NCBI GenBank assembly: GCA_964019335.1
Contig: OZ025722.1
Location: forward strand, 124,001 to 188,000
Direction: 5' to 3'
DNA from: Diplonema japonicum
Lineage: Eukaryota; Protista; Euglenozoa: Diplonemea
DNA: 64,000 nucleotides
Below, in pieces: positions 1-13,150 of the stretch. The notes under the pieces are model-generated. The model saw only the letters and a program-made list of their open reading frames with translations. It was not told the DNA's origin and made no database searches. Position 1 is the first letter of the stretch. Each line of letters starts with the position of its first letter. A program made the position numbers and the translations under genes.

Positions 1-548
1 TGGTCCAAAGGCATCTTTTTTTTGCACTGAAACTGGCACCTCTCCTTCTTAATTTAAAAAAAAAGGAGAGAGGAAAAAAAAAAAAAAGAGAAAAACAAAC
101 CGTTTTTTCCCCCCCTTCATGAATATACGTACAAGGAGAGAGAGAAAATAGAGCTTTTTTTTTTGAACTACTTCCCAACTTTCCCTGAGTAACCCTCCCA
201 CTTTTTTTCCCTTCTCGTTCTTGCCCCCTCCTGTTTTTCTCATTATTCTTATATTTTTTTTAAGAGGCCAGAGAAGTAAATAAAAGAAGAGAAAAATAAA
301 AAAAAGAGAACAAAGAGGGAGGAGGAGGAATGATGCGTTGCACGGGAAAAAAGAAGAAAAAAAAGACTTTCTGTTGTATAACTCCAGCCAAAACATTCGT
401 GTGTGTGTGGGGGTGAAGAATAATATTTTTATGTTTTTCTTTCTATTCTTTTTTTTTATACATCCCCACACTCAAATATATAAATTGGCTGTTGTCTAGG
501 TAAACAGGCGGTATGTAATGTAAGACCCTTTGTAATTCATCTGATAGC

Positions 549-583
<35 letters not shown>

Positions 584-1023
584 GACTCGCTTTTGCGCTT
601 CGTGAGATCACAAGGATCTTTCTTTTTTTTTCACTAAAAAATAAAATTTGAGAAGGGGGGGGAAAAAAAAGGAAAGAAAAAAAGTTTGAGAAAGATTAAA
701 AAAAGAGAATGGTCAAAAAAATAATAATAAAAAACTCAATCTGCGAAAAACACAGACTCCCCTACCCCCCCTGGACAGTCTATTTGTGTTTTCTCTCTTC
801 ATACACCTGCTATACACTTATGTATTTTTCTTTTCTTTTTTTTTTTATACCCCGCGCCCAGCAGTTTTCCATTTTCTTTTTCTTCCTCCTTTTCTTTCTC
901 GCTTGATTTTCTCTCTCCGGTTTTTTTTTTTTTTTTTTATTATTATTATTTTTTATTTCTCTTCATTTTCCCATTTTTAATTTTCTATCTGCAGAAACAA
1001 AAAAAAAAAAAAAAAAAAAAAAA

Positions 1024-1512
1024 ATGTTTTTGCGAATATCACAAACCAGAGGACTGAGAAAGCTCCTTCAGAGACGATGGGTGCAGCAACCGGGAGAGGT
1101 ACAAGAACCAAAGAAGGAAGACGGGGAGGCAAAAACAATCTGGGAGGACTTCGACACCGCAAAGGAGATTCACCAAGGGATGGCGACCGAAGGCTTCGAG
1201 GATGTAGAAATAAAACCAGAGCATTATGCAATGGGCGTCCGTGCGTTTGCCTACGGAACCATCCTTGCAGTTTTCGGTGTAGGGTGCACCAGCTACATTG
1301 GGGGTAGATACATGGGCTTCACCCACTGGCGAGACGCAATTTCATACCTGCGGAACAGCCCTGAACGAGCAGCTCTCAATGCAACAACTGAAGGCCTAAC
1401 AGTCTACCGGCATGACGTAGATCTCCTAGACCCCAGCACGTGGAGAGAAACATGGGATGCAATTGTCACTGATGTGCAAAAAATCGAGGATGAGAAAAAA
1501 AAAAATGCGTAG
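1024..1512 (+). CDS. Small membrane protein with mitochondrial-type presequence, TMEM242/DUF1358-like
   Basis: ATG follows an A-run; Arg/Leu-rich N-terminus (MFLRISQTRGLRKLLQRR); hydrophobic segment GVRAFAYGTILAVFGVG...MGF resembles the TMEM242 core as recalled. Confidence 0.55.
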   Translation: MFLRISQTRGLRKLLQRRWVQQPGEVQEPKKEDGEAKTIWEDFDTAKEIHQGMATEGFEDVEIKPEHYAMGVRAFAYGTILAVFGVGCTSYIGGRYMGFTHWRDAISYLRNSPERAALNATTEGLTVYRHDVDLLDPSTWRETWDAIVTDVQKIEDEKKKNA

Positions 1513-1686
1513 GCTTGGAATTTTTTTTTTTTTTTTTTTTTTTCTACCCCGTCCCACACTTGTCAAAAAAAAAGGGGGAGAAGAGGTGGGAAAAAAAAAG
1601 TGAGTGGAGGGGGGTGACACCCCCCCCCCCCATTCCCTTTTTTTTGGAAAAAAAAAATTAAATAAAAAAAATATAAAAAAAATTAA

Positions 1687-3388
1687 ATGACGACCTCTAT
1701 CGCAACATTGATGAAGCAGCGTGAGGAAGAGTTGCGCAAGGCAGCGGAGGAATCCCGGGCGAGAGCGGAAACACATCGAAGGCAAGCCGCGCAGGCGGTT
1801 CAGCAACAGGAGGAGCATTACCAGCTGCTCCTGGGCGGGTTGGGCGGGATACGGGAAATGGAAATACCAGCAACCGACACTCCATCAATACCCCGATCGC
1901 CCGCTAAAACTTCAAGAGAACCACGCCATGCTGCACCCACTACCAAACCCCGAACGACAAGAGGAACAACACCAAAATCAAAACGCAAACCAGCAGCGAA
2001 ACGATCGGAATCAGCTCCGTCCGGTGCAAGAAGAGTCCCGAAAAAACCAGCGCTCCCTGCCGCAGCACGGCAGAACGTGATGCATCTCCATGTTGCCCAC
2101 GCTGATCCTGTCCCTCTACCCCCACCCACACCACCACCGCAAGTTGTTGTTGAACCGAACAGGGAGATCCTTCAGCGGTTGGAGGACATGGAAAAGTTCA
2201 ACGTTGCAATGCATTCCCAGCTAGTGATGCAAGGCAGACAGGAGGAAGAGGAGGACAACCGGCTTTTAAGGCTTGAGGAAGACAACATGGTTCTGAGGGA
2301 ACAGATATCAACTCTGTTGAAGTGCCACCCGTTGGTGTCAGGGAGGGGCACACCGACACCAGCACCCACACCACCCCCTCGTATGACAACGACACCCCCT
2401 GTTGCCATTGTCACTCCTTCACCGTCTCCTGTGCAACCTCCACCACCACCACCACCACCACAGCTACCAGTTGTTTTACTGTCACAAGAAGACGAGCTGC
2501 CTTTGGTCCCTGCTGTACAGCTTCGTACCATGTATAGGTGTATCGAAGATCTCGAGGAAGGGGGACGCGACAGGATAGAAGATCTAGCTGCCGCAAGTTT
2601 GAAGGGAATGCGTTCAGCGTGCAAGGAGGTCATGTACCGGCTGAAACGGGTAGAGAACGCCGCCGACACCGCCGAGGAAGCCCTGGAAGGTCTCGAGAAG
2701 AAAGTCCGGGATGTCATTGAGGTCAACAAGAAACACGCCGAGGCACAGTGCAAGGCAATGGCTGCGACAGAGAAGGCACAACAAGATGCAGCAGCAAGGG
2801 AGAAGCTGCTCAAAGAGCAAACGAATACGATACATATGCTTCAGTCCTCTGCGATGGCACCACCTTCCTTCCCTGGTGTCCCCCATGCATTGTCCCCTGG
2901 GTCGGCGGGATCACCCTCACCCCCTGGGATGCATCAAATACCGATGCTGAGCCCCTTGCAAGCACCGCAGATGTTTCAGCAGTTGCAGCCGGTTCAACAA
3001 CAACAACACCAATCGCCCACGGTGGCGTCACCGCCGGTGAAAAAAAGCAAAAAAAGGGCAGTTTCAAAGCCGAGGAAAGCGTCTGTCAGCCCGTTGCCTT
3101 TGCCCAGGTCGCCGCGAGCCGTTTCGGGGTCTCCTGTTGATGAAAGGCGGCAACTGATAGAGCGGATGAAACAGACAGAGGAAGAGGAGCGGCTTATTGA
3201 ACAGCAGAACAAAGCCCTTCGTACGGAGTTGGAACGCGTCCGGCAGAAGATGGCAGGACGGCAGGCTGACCCGTTGCCGTTTTCAGGGTTTGTGGGGGGG
3301 AAGAAAAAAAGAAAAGAGAAAAAATAGGACAAAAATGCCTGAATTCAGCCCGTCACCCCCTCGGGGAGCGGGGAGGATCCCGATTTGA
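1687..3388 (+). CDS. Proline-rich coiled-coil hypothetical protein; one 3' intron (3288-3327)
   Basis: 546-codon ORF. Removing gtttgtggg...aaaatag (40 nt) replaces a poly-Lys tail with GTKMPEFSPSPPRGAGRIPI*. Confidence 0.7.
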
Positions 3389-3650
3389 TGCGAACGATTA
3401 AATTTTATAAATTACAAAAAAAAAAAAAAAAAAAAAAAAACAAAACAAAACAAAACAAAAAAAATAGCGTTCCCCTCAACCATCCGTACTGTTTATTTAG
3501 AGGTTTTTTTTTTTTTTTTTTCTTTCTTTTCTTTTTGTTGTATCCCATCATGCACCCCCCCCTTTTTATTTATGTTTCTCATAACCCCCCCCCCTTTCCC
3601 AAAAATCTTTTTTTTTTCTTCAAATCAGGCAGAAGGGGGCGCTGGAGGGG

Positions 3651-5366
3651 ATGGAGGTGAAAAAAGTTAAAAAGCGCATCGTGCCGCAAAAGGTGGCCGA
3701 GAAGCAGGAGATAAAGCAATGGTTGAAGCCAAGGCGGCCGTTCCAGTCAGTTAACCAAGTAGTAACCGTAGAAAGCGGGGGTTTGAAGATGATGCCGGTA
3801 ATGGACGATGGAAACACCTCAGAACTACTGGACACAACGAGCAGCGAAAGCCAGACAACAACTATGGAGTCAAGCCTAGACGACGGGGTGGCGGCTGGTA
3901 TGCCACATCTGAAAGTGATTGCAAGTCTGACTGAAGAACAAGTCAAGGAGTGCAACATCCCGCTGACGTTCTGGCGAAACGTAAAACACGTTCTAAAACA
4001 GCACCAAGAGTGGTGCGGGAAGCAAGAATCATCCTTAGTCTCCCTCTCCCAGTCCGAACGCAGCCTGCAGAATCTAGTAGCAACATCCTTATGTTCATCC
4101 ATTCGCATCTCCCGCCGCCGGATTCGCAGAGAAGTCGCACTGCGACAGCTGCAACTAGGCGGTGCCGGCGCCAAACTGGAAGAAACCCGTTTGGAGATTA
4201 ACATTTTGGAGGAACGTAAGAAATCCTTGGAATCTGTTATAAACGATCGGATAAAAGCCGGACCGGCACCAAAGGGGTCGAAGGACGAATGGGCCGAACC
4301 CGAATTCGTGCAGGACGGTTCAGACAGATTAGAACTACACATGATACGCAAGGAGATCGTGGAAAAAGGAAAAGAAGCCGAGAGAATGGAGTCGGAGCGA
4401 ACCAACCTCAACAGAAAGGCCCAGATTCTCAGGGATGAAGACGCGAGCCAGTTCAGACATTTCAACAAGCTCGACGACGGCGGTTGCATCATGCTGACGT
4501 TGATCGGAAAAGGAGGCTTCTCCGAGGTCTGGAAAGCATTCGACCGCGACCGTGCGGAGTACGTTGCCGTGAAGGTCCACCAGCTACTCGATGTTTGGTC
4601 GGAGGAACAGAAGATTTCATACGTAAAACACGCCCGAAGAGAGGCGCAGATCCATCAACGGCTCGATCACCCACACATCGTCCGTCTTTTCGGCGGCTTC
4701 GACATTTCTGAGACTGCATTCGCCAACGTGCTGGAATACACACCACACACAGATCTTGCCACGTACCTCCATCACCACAACACACTCCGCGAGCCCGACG
4801 CAAGGATCATCACAGCACAGCTTATCTCCGCTCTGTCGTACCTGGAGTGCCATCCTACAGGTGCTGTTATACACTATGATTTAAAACCTGCAAACGTCCT
4901 ATTTTTTGGAGAACTGGAGGTTAAAATCACAGACTTCGGTTTGTCAAAATCCATCAGCACGGACCAAACGGACATCGAGCTCACGTCGAAAGGCGCGGGT
5001 ACCTTGTGGTACCTCCCACCGGAGTGTTTTTCAAGGCAGCGTGATGCGAGGATCTCACCGAAGGTCGATGTGTGGAGCTGTGGTGTGATCCTCTACCAAA
5101 TGCTGTTCGGTAGGCGTCCCTTCGGCCATGACCAAACCCAACGAGGGCTGCTCATAGAAAACACAATTGGGTCTGCACGGACCTTAGTGATCCCGCCCAA
5201 CCCAAAGGTCTCAAAGCCTACATTAACCCTCCTTAAAAAAATGCTGACCTTTGACTCTGATGAAAGACCCACGGCGGCCTCTCTGTTCCAGAACCTCGAT
5301 CTGGAGGATGAGCCGCTGGCTGCGGGCGAGGAAGAGCCTCCTTGTAAGAGACAAAAAACAACATAG
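3651..5366 (+). CDS. TLK: Tousled-like Ser/Thr kinase
   Basis: GKGGFSEVWKAFD, VAVKVHQL...YVKHARRE, IHYDLKPAN, ITDFGLSK, ELTSKGAGTLWYLPPECF and RPFGHDQ are TLK-typical; coiled coil lies upstream. Confidence 0.93.
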   Translation: MEVKKVKKRIVPQKVAEKQEIKQWLKPRRPFQSVNQVVTVESGGLKMMPVMDDGNTSELLDTTSSESQTTTMESSLDDGVAAGMPHLKVIASLTEEQVKECNIPLTFWRNVKHVLKQHQEWCGKQESSLVSLSQSERSLQNLVATSLCSSIRISRRRIRREVALRQLQLGGAGAKLEETRLEINILEERKKSLESVINDRIKAGPAPKGSKDEWAEPEFVQDGSDRLELHMIRKEIVEKGKEAERMESERTNLNRKAQILRDEDASQFRHFNKLDDGGCIMLTLIGKGGFSEVWKAFDRDRAEYVAVKVHQLLDVWSEEQKISYVKHARREAQIHQRLDHPHIVRLFGGFDISETAFANVLEYTPHTDLATYLHHHNTLREPDARIITAQLISALSYLECHPTGAVIHYDLKPANVLFFGELEVKITDFGLSKSISTDQTDIELTSKGAGTLWYLPPECFSRQRDARISPKVDVWSCGVILYQMLFGRRPFGHDQTQRGLLIENTIGSARTLVIPPNPKVSKPTLTLLKKMLTFDSDERPTAASLFQNLDLEDEPLAAGEEEPPCKRQKTT

Positions 5367-5467
5367 AGATTTTTTTTTTTTTTTTAGAAAGGCCTTCCCC
5401 ACCCATTCTTTTCTTTTTGCTCACTTCTTTTAAAAGAAAATACGAAAAAAAAAAAAAAAAAAGAAAG

Positions 5468-8400
5468 ATGCAAAGGATCCTTCTGAAGCAGGCAGACGGG
5501 CACCCTACGGTTGCGTTCCGTCTGAACATCGATGAGAAGCATTGTGAGGACATTCCGAACGGGACTGTGCTGCAGATGCTCGGGAGGGAAGGGGGTTTTG
5601 TGAAGGTGATGCGGGGCACAAGGTGCGGGTATGTTAAGGCACGGAACGCAAAGTTGATCGTGTCGAAGCCGGCCCAACCTGTCCCCGCCAAGCCTGTCCC
5701 TGCCCCTGTCAGCTCCCCAAAACCCGTTTTGAAGGAGGTGATGACGGAGGCCGCGACCGTTTGCAACTTCTCGTTCAACGGTACCCCATACACCATCGAC
5801 CTGTCTAAGGAATCGATCGACCCGCAACTGTCTGCTCACGACTGGGTCATGGAGAACGTGGCAAACAGTGGTCTTCGCAGGTCGTGTGGAGTGGGCCGCT
5901 GTGGTTCCTGCGTGTGCACGCTGACCTTTACTGATCAGACTGAGAATCGCACGACGCACCGTGCGTTCAACTCTTGCCTCCGCCCGATTTTGAGCTGCCA
6001 CGGGATGTCCATCACATCGTCCCTGGGCATCGGGAACACGAAGACCCCGAACCCAATCCAGGCCGCGCTTGCGCAGAACAGTGGGAGTCAGTGCGGGTTC
6101 TGCTCTGTTGGGATGGTGATGCACTTGTACTCACGTCTTGCAGACGCCGGTGGCGAAGCGCTCACCACCGCAGAGCTCGACAAGATGATCGACTCGAACT
6201 ACTGCCGCTGCACAGGGTACCGCCCCATCCTTGACACGTACAAGTCCTTCGCATCCGACGCGAAACAGCTCGCTGCGAAGGAGGACCCCGATGCCGTAAG
6301 GAGAGCTGCCGTCTTCAACGCTGTTCCCCTCCCAAAACCCGAGGCACCTGTTCTGAACATCGAGGCACCCAAGGTCCCTGTTGTTAAGAAGAGGGTTGCG
6401 GGGAGCACCGACGGCGGAACACAGTGGATCCAGGTCACAACGGAGGCCCAGCTTACAAGCACGTTGAAAACGTTGCAGACGTCGAACCCTGACGATATCT
6501 TCCTTGTTGCAGGGCACACCAGCAAAGGTGTGTACACAGAGAGGGAACCGGACGTGATGGTCGACATCTCCGGTGTGAGCACAATGCAGAACTGCGTACT
6601 GTCCAGCTCCGGCGTAGAGATCGGATCGGGATGCACGATGACCGACACGATCACCTTCCTGGAGAACGTTGTCTCGTCAGCTCAGGCCGACAAAACGATC
6701 TTCTTCAAGAGAATAGCGGAGCACGCGAAGATGTCGCCCGGCAGCAACATCAGGAACATGGGGACCGTGGGAGGCAACGTGATGATGGCGTACGAGAACC
6801 AACACCAAGGAACCTTCCCTACAGACTGGCCCATGTTGTTGATGGCCGCTGGTGCAACGGTTACTTTCGTAGACACTGTGTCCGACGTTACGACCACCAT
6901 CCCTATCGAGAACTTCTTCCTGGTGGTGAGCATGAAGTTCAAGTACATTAAAGGGTTTTCCATTCCGTACTCTGTGCCGGGGGATATGTTCTTCTCCTAC
7001 CGTACTGGTATCAGAGCTGTATACACTGAAGCCTATGTCATGGCGGCCATGAAGGTTAACATCACGAATAAAGTTGTGGCACCTACTGACGTTAGAGTTG
7101 TGTACAATGGTATCTCGTCAAAGCCTGTCAGAATGATCGCCATCGAGACCGGTCTGAGCGGGGCAACCGTCACCAACCAGAACACTTTCCAATCGCTCTG
7201 CGACACCCTCTACACGGGGCTTCCCTCGGTCATTGACGACTACCGCAAGAGCCTTTGCCTCTCGTTCTTCTACAAGTTCTTCCTCGGCATGCAGCCGTCC
7301 CTCCCGATCTCGCTGAAGCTTGCGAAGAACCCTTGGATTGTGAAGGGCACTACCGGGGGGACCCAAGTTTTCCAGCCGTCCAGTTCAAAGTATGTTCGAG
7401 AGAGACAAAACATGAAAACAAATAAATAAATAAAAACAGGGCGCCTGTTGGTCTGCCCATCCCGAAGATCGACGGGTTGAAGCAGTGCACCGGTGAGGCT
7501 GAGTACATCCAGGTAAACGAATTTAAACCTTTTCAAGAGAAAAAAAAAAATAATAATAATACAGAATATCGCACCCCCGAAAGGCACGTTGCATGGGTGC
7601 CCGTTGCTGTCGACAGCAGTGGGTGACTTTACCTGTATGGAGGGGAAAAAAAAAGAAAAAAAAAAAAAAAAAAAACCAATCACAGTGGACGTCAGCAAGG
7701 TGACGGAGATGGGCTACAAGGGCATCATCCTCGCAAAGGACGTCCCCAACAACGGGGCCTCGCTCATCATGGACAAAACCAGCACGTACATTGGTGCGAA
7801 CCTTGCTGTCGTCCTCGCCGACGACCACGAGTCAGCGGTGAAGGCTGCCAGACAAGTCCTGGTCACCTACACCAACGTCAAAACCCCAATTCTGACCATC
7901 GACGAGGCGATCCAAGCAGGGTCTCTGCACCCTAACCCCCCGGCACCTGTTGTGCAGGGCGACGTGTCAAAGGGTTTCACCGCAAGCGACTTTGTTGTCG
8001 AAGACACATGGGATCTTTCCTCGCAGTACCATTTCCATTTGGAGACTCACTCGGCGCTTGCTGTCCCAATGCCAGAAGACGGCGGCTTTGTAGTGCACTC
8101 CGCGACTCAAATGCCCACATTTGTTGCTGAAGGTGTTTGCACCACGTTGGGCAACCTCCCCAAATCGAAGGTTACGGTGAAGAACAAGCGCTGCGGTGGA
8201 GGCTACGGCGGGAAGCTAGCCAACTCCATCATCCCAGCACAGCTTGCCGCGGTGTGCTCCAACACCAAGAACATGCCCGTTTCTATTATCTACGAGCAAA
8301 AGGATAACATGGCATCTGTCGGGCTTCGCACACCATGCAAGCTTACCTCCAAAATCGGTTTCAACAAGGACGGTACCATCGTGGCCGTGCAGCTCACTCC

Positions 8401-9754
8401 GTACATCGACGCTGGTATTACAAACGGTTCTGGATTCTCCGGTAAGGCCTTCCTCGGTTCGTTCGACAACTGTTACAACATCCCCAACTGGAACGTTTCC
8501 GTGCAGTTTGCAAAGACAAACCTCCCTGCAAACACGTCAATGCGCGCACCCGGCTGGCTTCCTGGTATTTACAACGCAGAACGAGTCATCACGACCGTCG
8601 CGAGGCATTTGAATATGGAAGCGCCTGTTGTCAGGCAGAACAATTTTTACAAGAAGGGCGACACAACACCATACGGGCTGACGTTGAAGAATTGGGACAT
8701 CGATTCGCTGTGGGAAAGGACACGCGAGGCGTCGAGCTACACGAACAGGCTTCAGTCGGTGCAGAACTTCAACAAGTACAACAGATGGGTGAAGAAAGGC
8801 TTGGCACTGGTCCCGTCGAAATTCGCTGTCGGCTACGCGTCATCACAGGCCGGTTCCACCAAGGAATTCGACGCAAAGTTAACCGTTCACAACGATGGAA
8901 CAATGACGGTTATGTGCGGAGGCACCGAAATCGGTCAAGGCCTCACAACAAAGGTTGTCCAGACCATCGCGTTCAACCTCGGCGTGGACATGTCGATCAT
9001 CACCGTGGCGGAACAAAACACTCAAATCATAGGGTCGACTGGTGCGTCGGACGTAACCGGTGGTTCAATTGGATCTGAAATGACATGCAGAGCAGCTTAC
9101 AACTGCTGTGCCGCTGTCAACACCGCCCTCGCGCCTGTAAGGAAACTTCTTCCAACAGCCACATGGACACAGCTTGTCGCAAAGGCTTACGAGCTTGGGA
9201 TCGCATTGACATTTCAAAAAATGGATCAGGGTGTACCGGGACCTTCCGACCCAACAGGCCATGTTTACAACACATATGGGTGTGTCGCACTTGAATGCAC
9301 GCTTGATGTTCTAACAGGCCAGGTCGACTTTGACAGAGCGGATATTACCTACGATCTGGGTACCTCGTCGAACCCTGCGATTGATATCGGGCAGATTGAA
9401 GGTGCGTTCGTCATCGGAATGGGGTACGCTATGACAGAGAAGATCAGCTACGACACGAAGGGGAAGATGGCGTGGGCGGACTACCTGCTCCCTACACCGT
9501 GGGAAATCCCCACCATTATGAATGTTACCCTGGCGACGGAGGTGTCCAACCCCTTCACGGTTAACGGCGGGAAGGCGGTCGGCGAACCACCCATTACCTG
9601 TACATACGCTGCTATTGAAGCTGTTGAGCAAGCGACAAATGCGGCAGCTGCAGATGCTGGCAAGTCGCCTTCACCATCGAAATCTGTTCCTTTCATGCTG
9701 CAAGAAAGGCAGGCTGCTGGATACCCTGACTACAAAAGCTTCACTTTGGTGTAA
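5468..9754 (+). CDS. Molybdo-flavoenzyme of the xanthine dehydrogenase/aldehyde oxidase family with N-terminal SH3b-like domain; introns 7390-7439, 7513-7564, 7635-7685
   Basis: 2Fe-2S motifs SCGVGRCGSC, SQCGFC, NYCRCTGYRPI; FAD motifs LVAGHT, IRNMGTVGGN; splicing restores VGLPIPKIDGLKQCTGEAEY; Moco motifs GGGYGGK, EIGQGL, DIGQIEGAF, KAVGEPP. Confidence 0.93.
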
Positions 9755-10498
9755 GGAGGCCGAGGGGGGTCAGTGGGATGGGGGGAGTATGCGCACAGAA
9801 AAAACGTCTTTTTTTTCTTTTTTTTTTTCCTTTTTTTTTTTTTCCTCTCACCTGTTCAAAAGTTATTTTACAGAAAGGGGAAAGAAAAAAAGAAGGGGGG
9901 GGGGAGAGAGAGAGGGTAAAGAAAAGGCAGATGAGGAAATCCATGTGGAAAAAAAAAAGGGGGGGAAGAAAAACTTTTTTTGTTGACTTTTTTTTTTTTC
10001 CCCTCTTTCTTTTCTTGATGTCATCACGTTTTCTTTATTTTTTTTTTTCTCTCTCGTTTTTTTTTTTTTTTTTTTTTTCTTTCTTCCTCCTTCTTCTTAG
10101 GCGATTCTGTTACATACTGCAGGTTCCCTTCAAGGACATCTTTTTTTTTTTTTCTTTCCTTTCTCTTCTGTACCCGCGTGCTTGTTTGTAATGAACCAAA
10201 ACACACATGTTTTTTTTTTTTTTTTTTTGTTCCTCAGTTATCAAAAAAAAGGAAAGCAGAACTATATAGTACACTGTTACCAAAGAGTTTTGTCACTGCT
10301 GTAAAACAAAAAATTATTGACGAAAGGAGCAAATGTCCCCCGCGAATGGCTGCCTTACGACTTCCTTCCCTTGAGTCAAGGATCATGGAAAAGACACGGG
10401 TAAATGGCGATGAAAACGATAATCCCGCTCGTCGATTTTTTGTTTTACAGAATTTCCAAAAAGGGTTATGAACACCCATTTATGTTTTAATCGTTCGT

Positions 10499-10545
<47 letters not shown>

Positions 10546-11127
10546 CTTTTGAGTTTTATACCGGCAGGGGAAAAAAAAAAAAAAAAAAAAATGAAATTCA
10601 GTTGCTTTGCATCTTGAAGTCCAGTAAGGTTACTTTACTATTTTTTTTTATCTTTTGCAGAACCTGCCCACCTACCCACTAGGACACCTTAAGCCTGACT
10701 TTAAAAATCAGACAGTCATCTTGTTGATTGGAAACTTGTTGCATTTCCTCTGGCCTGACCAAAAATCTTCGTTCTGATGGAAAGCTATTGTTTCCGTGTC
10801 TAGCAGGGATTTACTACTTAGTCGTGAGAAGAAAAAAAAAAACCTCGAACCACTCTTACGAGATTGCCTGGTGTTGGGCTTTTTCTTTTTTTTTTTTTTT
10901 GTCATTCAAGAAAAAAAACAGTGCGATATCGAGGGGAAGGGAAAAAAAAAAAATCGAAAAGAAAAAAAAAATTTTTTTTTCTCGTCCCTTATCTTCTCTG
11001 TTTTTTCTTGTTTGAGGCGTTTCTCATTTTTTTTTTTTGTTTCTTTCATTTTTTTTTTTTGTTCCTTCTATTCTCTCTCAAAAAAGAGCTTAGGCACAAC
11101 CAAACAAAGAAACAAAAAGAGGGGCAA

Positions 11128-12359
11128 ATGGCCACAACAGAGCCGCCCGTTCTTGGCGACTGTCCATTGGGTTCAAGAGGGAGTGCGAGGTGGAGTTTTT
11201 AATCACCAGCTCCTTAGTGATGGTGAGGAGTTTGTCGGAAAAAGTTAAGCGCCTGGCCAGAATAGCAGATATCAAGAAGATATCAAAGACCTCCAACGGA
11301 AGGCTGCTTGAGATACAGTTCTTTGAAGAGCTGCATGAGCCCGACCTAATGATGAAGATGATGGACCCTCCTCAGACCAGTGGGTGGAGTGTAGTGAACA
11401 TCATCAAGCATCTCCGGAAGAAACTCCGAAACGGGGAAGAGTTGGAAGTAGGCCACCTTGCACTTGTGAAGCTGAACCCCATCGACAAGTACCCTGCCTC
11501 GTATGTCAAACCGATGGACAAAGTGATGAAAAGGTACTTATTGGAACCAGGCAGTGTGCGACCACCCAGAGATCTCTCAGCACCTTCAGAAGCGAAACTT
11601 GCCACTCCTTGTGATCCAGGCCACCTCTCAGGCAACTCAGTCCTCTTTGTTTGTGTTGATGTACAAGGGCAGAAGGAGAACCTTGAGGTCAATCTCCCTT
11701 TACCATGGCAACAGACTCTCTGGAGCTTGAAATTTTATCTGAAGCAAGTCATCGAGCGTCATGTTAATGCTGAAACAACCTCTGGAGATCCTTTCAAGCT
11801 GGACATAAGAAAAACCTTGATCTATCACGATGAGGCCCAAGCGTGGGGTGAGTTGAAAGACTTGTCGCAGCTTCATCACTACGGCCAGCTGTACCTGTTT
11901 CAGTATGGTGTGCAAGATGCCCAGATGGATCTGCCCGCCCCGAAGCCTGTTCGTGGATTTGATTTCAACACCCCCCCTTCGACCTGTGACGAGCGATGCG
12001 ATGAGTTAACCCTCTTGGTCTGCGCCGACATTCGGAACCGGAAGGAGAACCTTGAGATACTAACCCCGCCTCGTTTTACTCTCCAGAGCTTGGAAATCCA
12101 TCTGAAGGAGGTTGTCGAGAGTGACGCCAATGCTGAACCCCACTCAGCACCTCTCAAACTGGACATAAAGGACGTCTTTATCTATGATGATGCAACTCTA
12201 TCGTGGGTTTTCTTAAAAGACCTGTCGCAGCTTCATGACTACGACCAGCTGTACCTGTTTCAGCATGGTGTGCAAGATGTCCAGATGGATCTGCCCGCCC
12301 CGAGGCCTGTTCGTGGAGCGTATTTTGCGGTGGAGAATGAAGCAACTTTGACAGCGTGA
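11128..12359 (+). pseudogene. BILBO1-NTD array copy 1 (PH-like domain plus 2 BILBO1 N-terminal domains); frameshifted near the 5' end, or N-truncated from ATG 11220
   Basis: ATG 11128 matches copy 2 ATG 14465. A net 61-nt deletion after ccattgg (11170) shifts the frame (MATTEPPVLGDCPLGSRGSARWSF*). The remainder is open and near-identical to copy 2. Confidence 0.7.
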
Positions 12360-12787
12360 AGTAACTTGGTTTACTTGGTCCACACCAACTTTTTTTTTCC
12401 CCACCTGGGAGAAAAAGAAATCCTGTCGGAAAAAAAAAAAGAAGTCCCCCCCCCCCCCCCCCCCCCCAAGCTCGTCGGTGTGCCGTTTCAGTGGTTTAAA
12501 GGTCCTTCTTCCTGCACTGACCAGGCCAGCAGTGCGCGTGTTAGAATGGGTTACAGGGCAACTATTGAAACAAAACCCCCTTTTCGCATTCTCTCATTGC
12601 ACCACACTTCTCCCATTGGCTGTTGCCAAAGAAAAAAAAAAATACTCGTTATTTGTTTGATATCTATTTCTCTCTCTCTCTTTTTAAAATGTTCCCTTAA
12701 GCGAGTCATTTCAGGCAAGAATCATCAGGTATCCACCCCAAGTACTGAGTGCCATTCGACTAGTGTCACGTGGACGTTGAAAGAGAT

Positions 12788-12823
<36 letters not shown>

Positions 12824-12984
12824 CTTCTTGACATTTTTCATCGTGAATTCTTTGTTGTCCAATCTCTCTCCCCTTTTTCTTTTCTAACTCTACTTTTTAA
12901 TTCTCGGGTTGCTCTTTGTCCAGCCTTTTTTTTTTTTTTTTTTTTTTTTTTTGTTTTAATTACCCCCTTTTTCGTCTGTCTTCC

Positions 12985-13150
12985 AACGAACAAGATCCCC
13001 AGGGCAAATGGCCATAGCAGTGCCGCCCTCTTGGCGTCTGTCCATTTGCAAGGTGGAGGAAATAATAACCACCTTCTTAGCGATAGTGAAGAGTTTGTCG
13101 GGAAAAGATGTAAGAGCAAAGTTTGGAACCAGGTGATCCAGCCTGCCTTG
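12985..13150 (+). pseudogene. Degenerate 5' fragment of the BILBO1-NTD array family
   Basis: caagatccccagggcaaATGgccatagcagtgccgccc...gagtttgtcgggaaaagat aligns to the copy 2 start, with internal deletions. Confidence 0.65.

Noticed and set aside
49-980. ORFs rich in poly-Phe/poly-Lys here and in other intergenic regions
   Set aside because: They are translations of T/A homopolymer runs with no protein-like content.
3620-4492. Long minus-strand ORFs opposite real genes (also 2172-2813, 33538-34173, 40787-41464)
   Set aside because: Antisense shadows of + strand coding sequence with no recognisable motifs.
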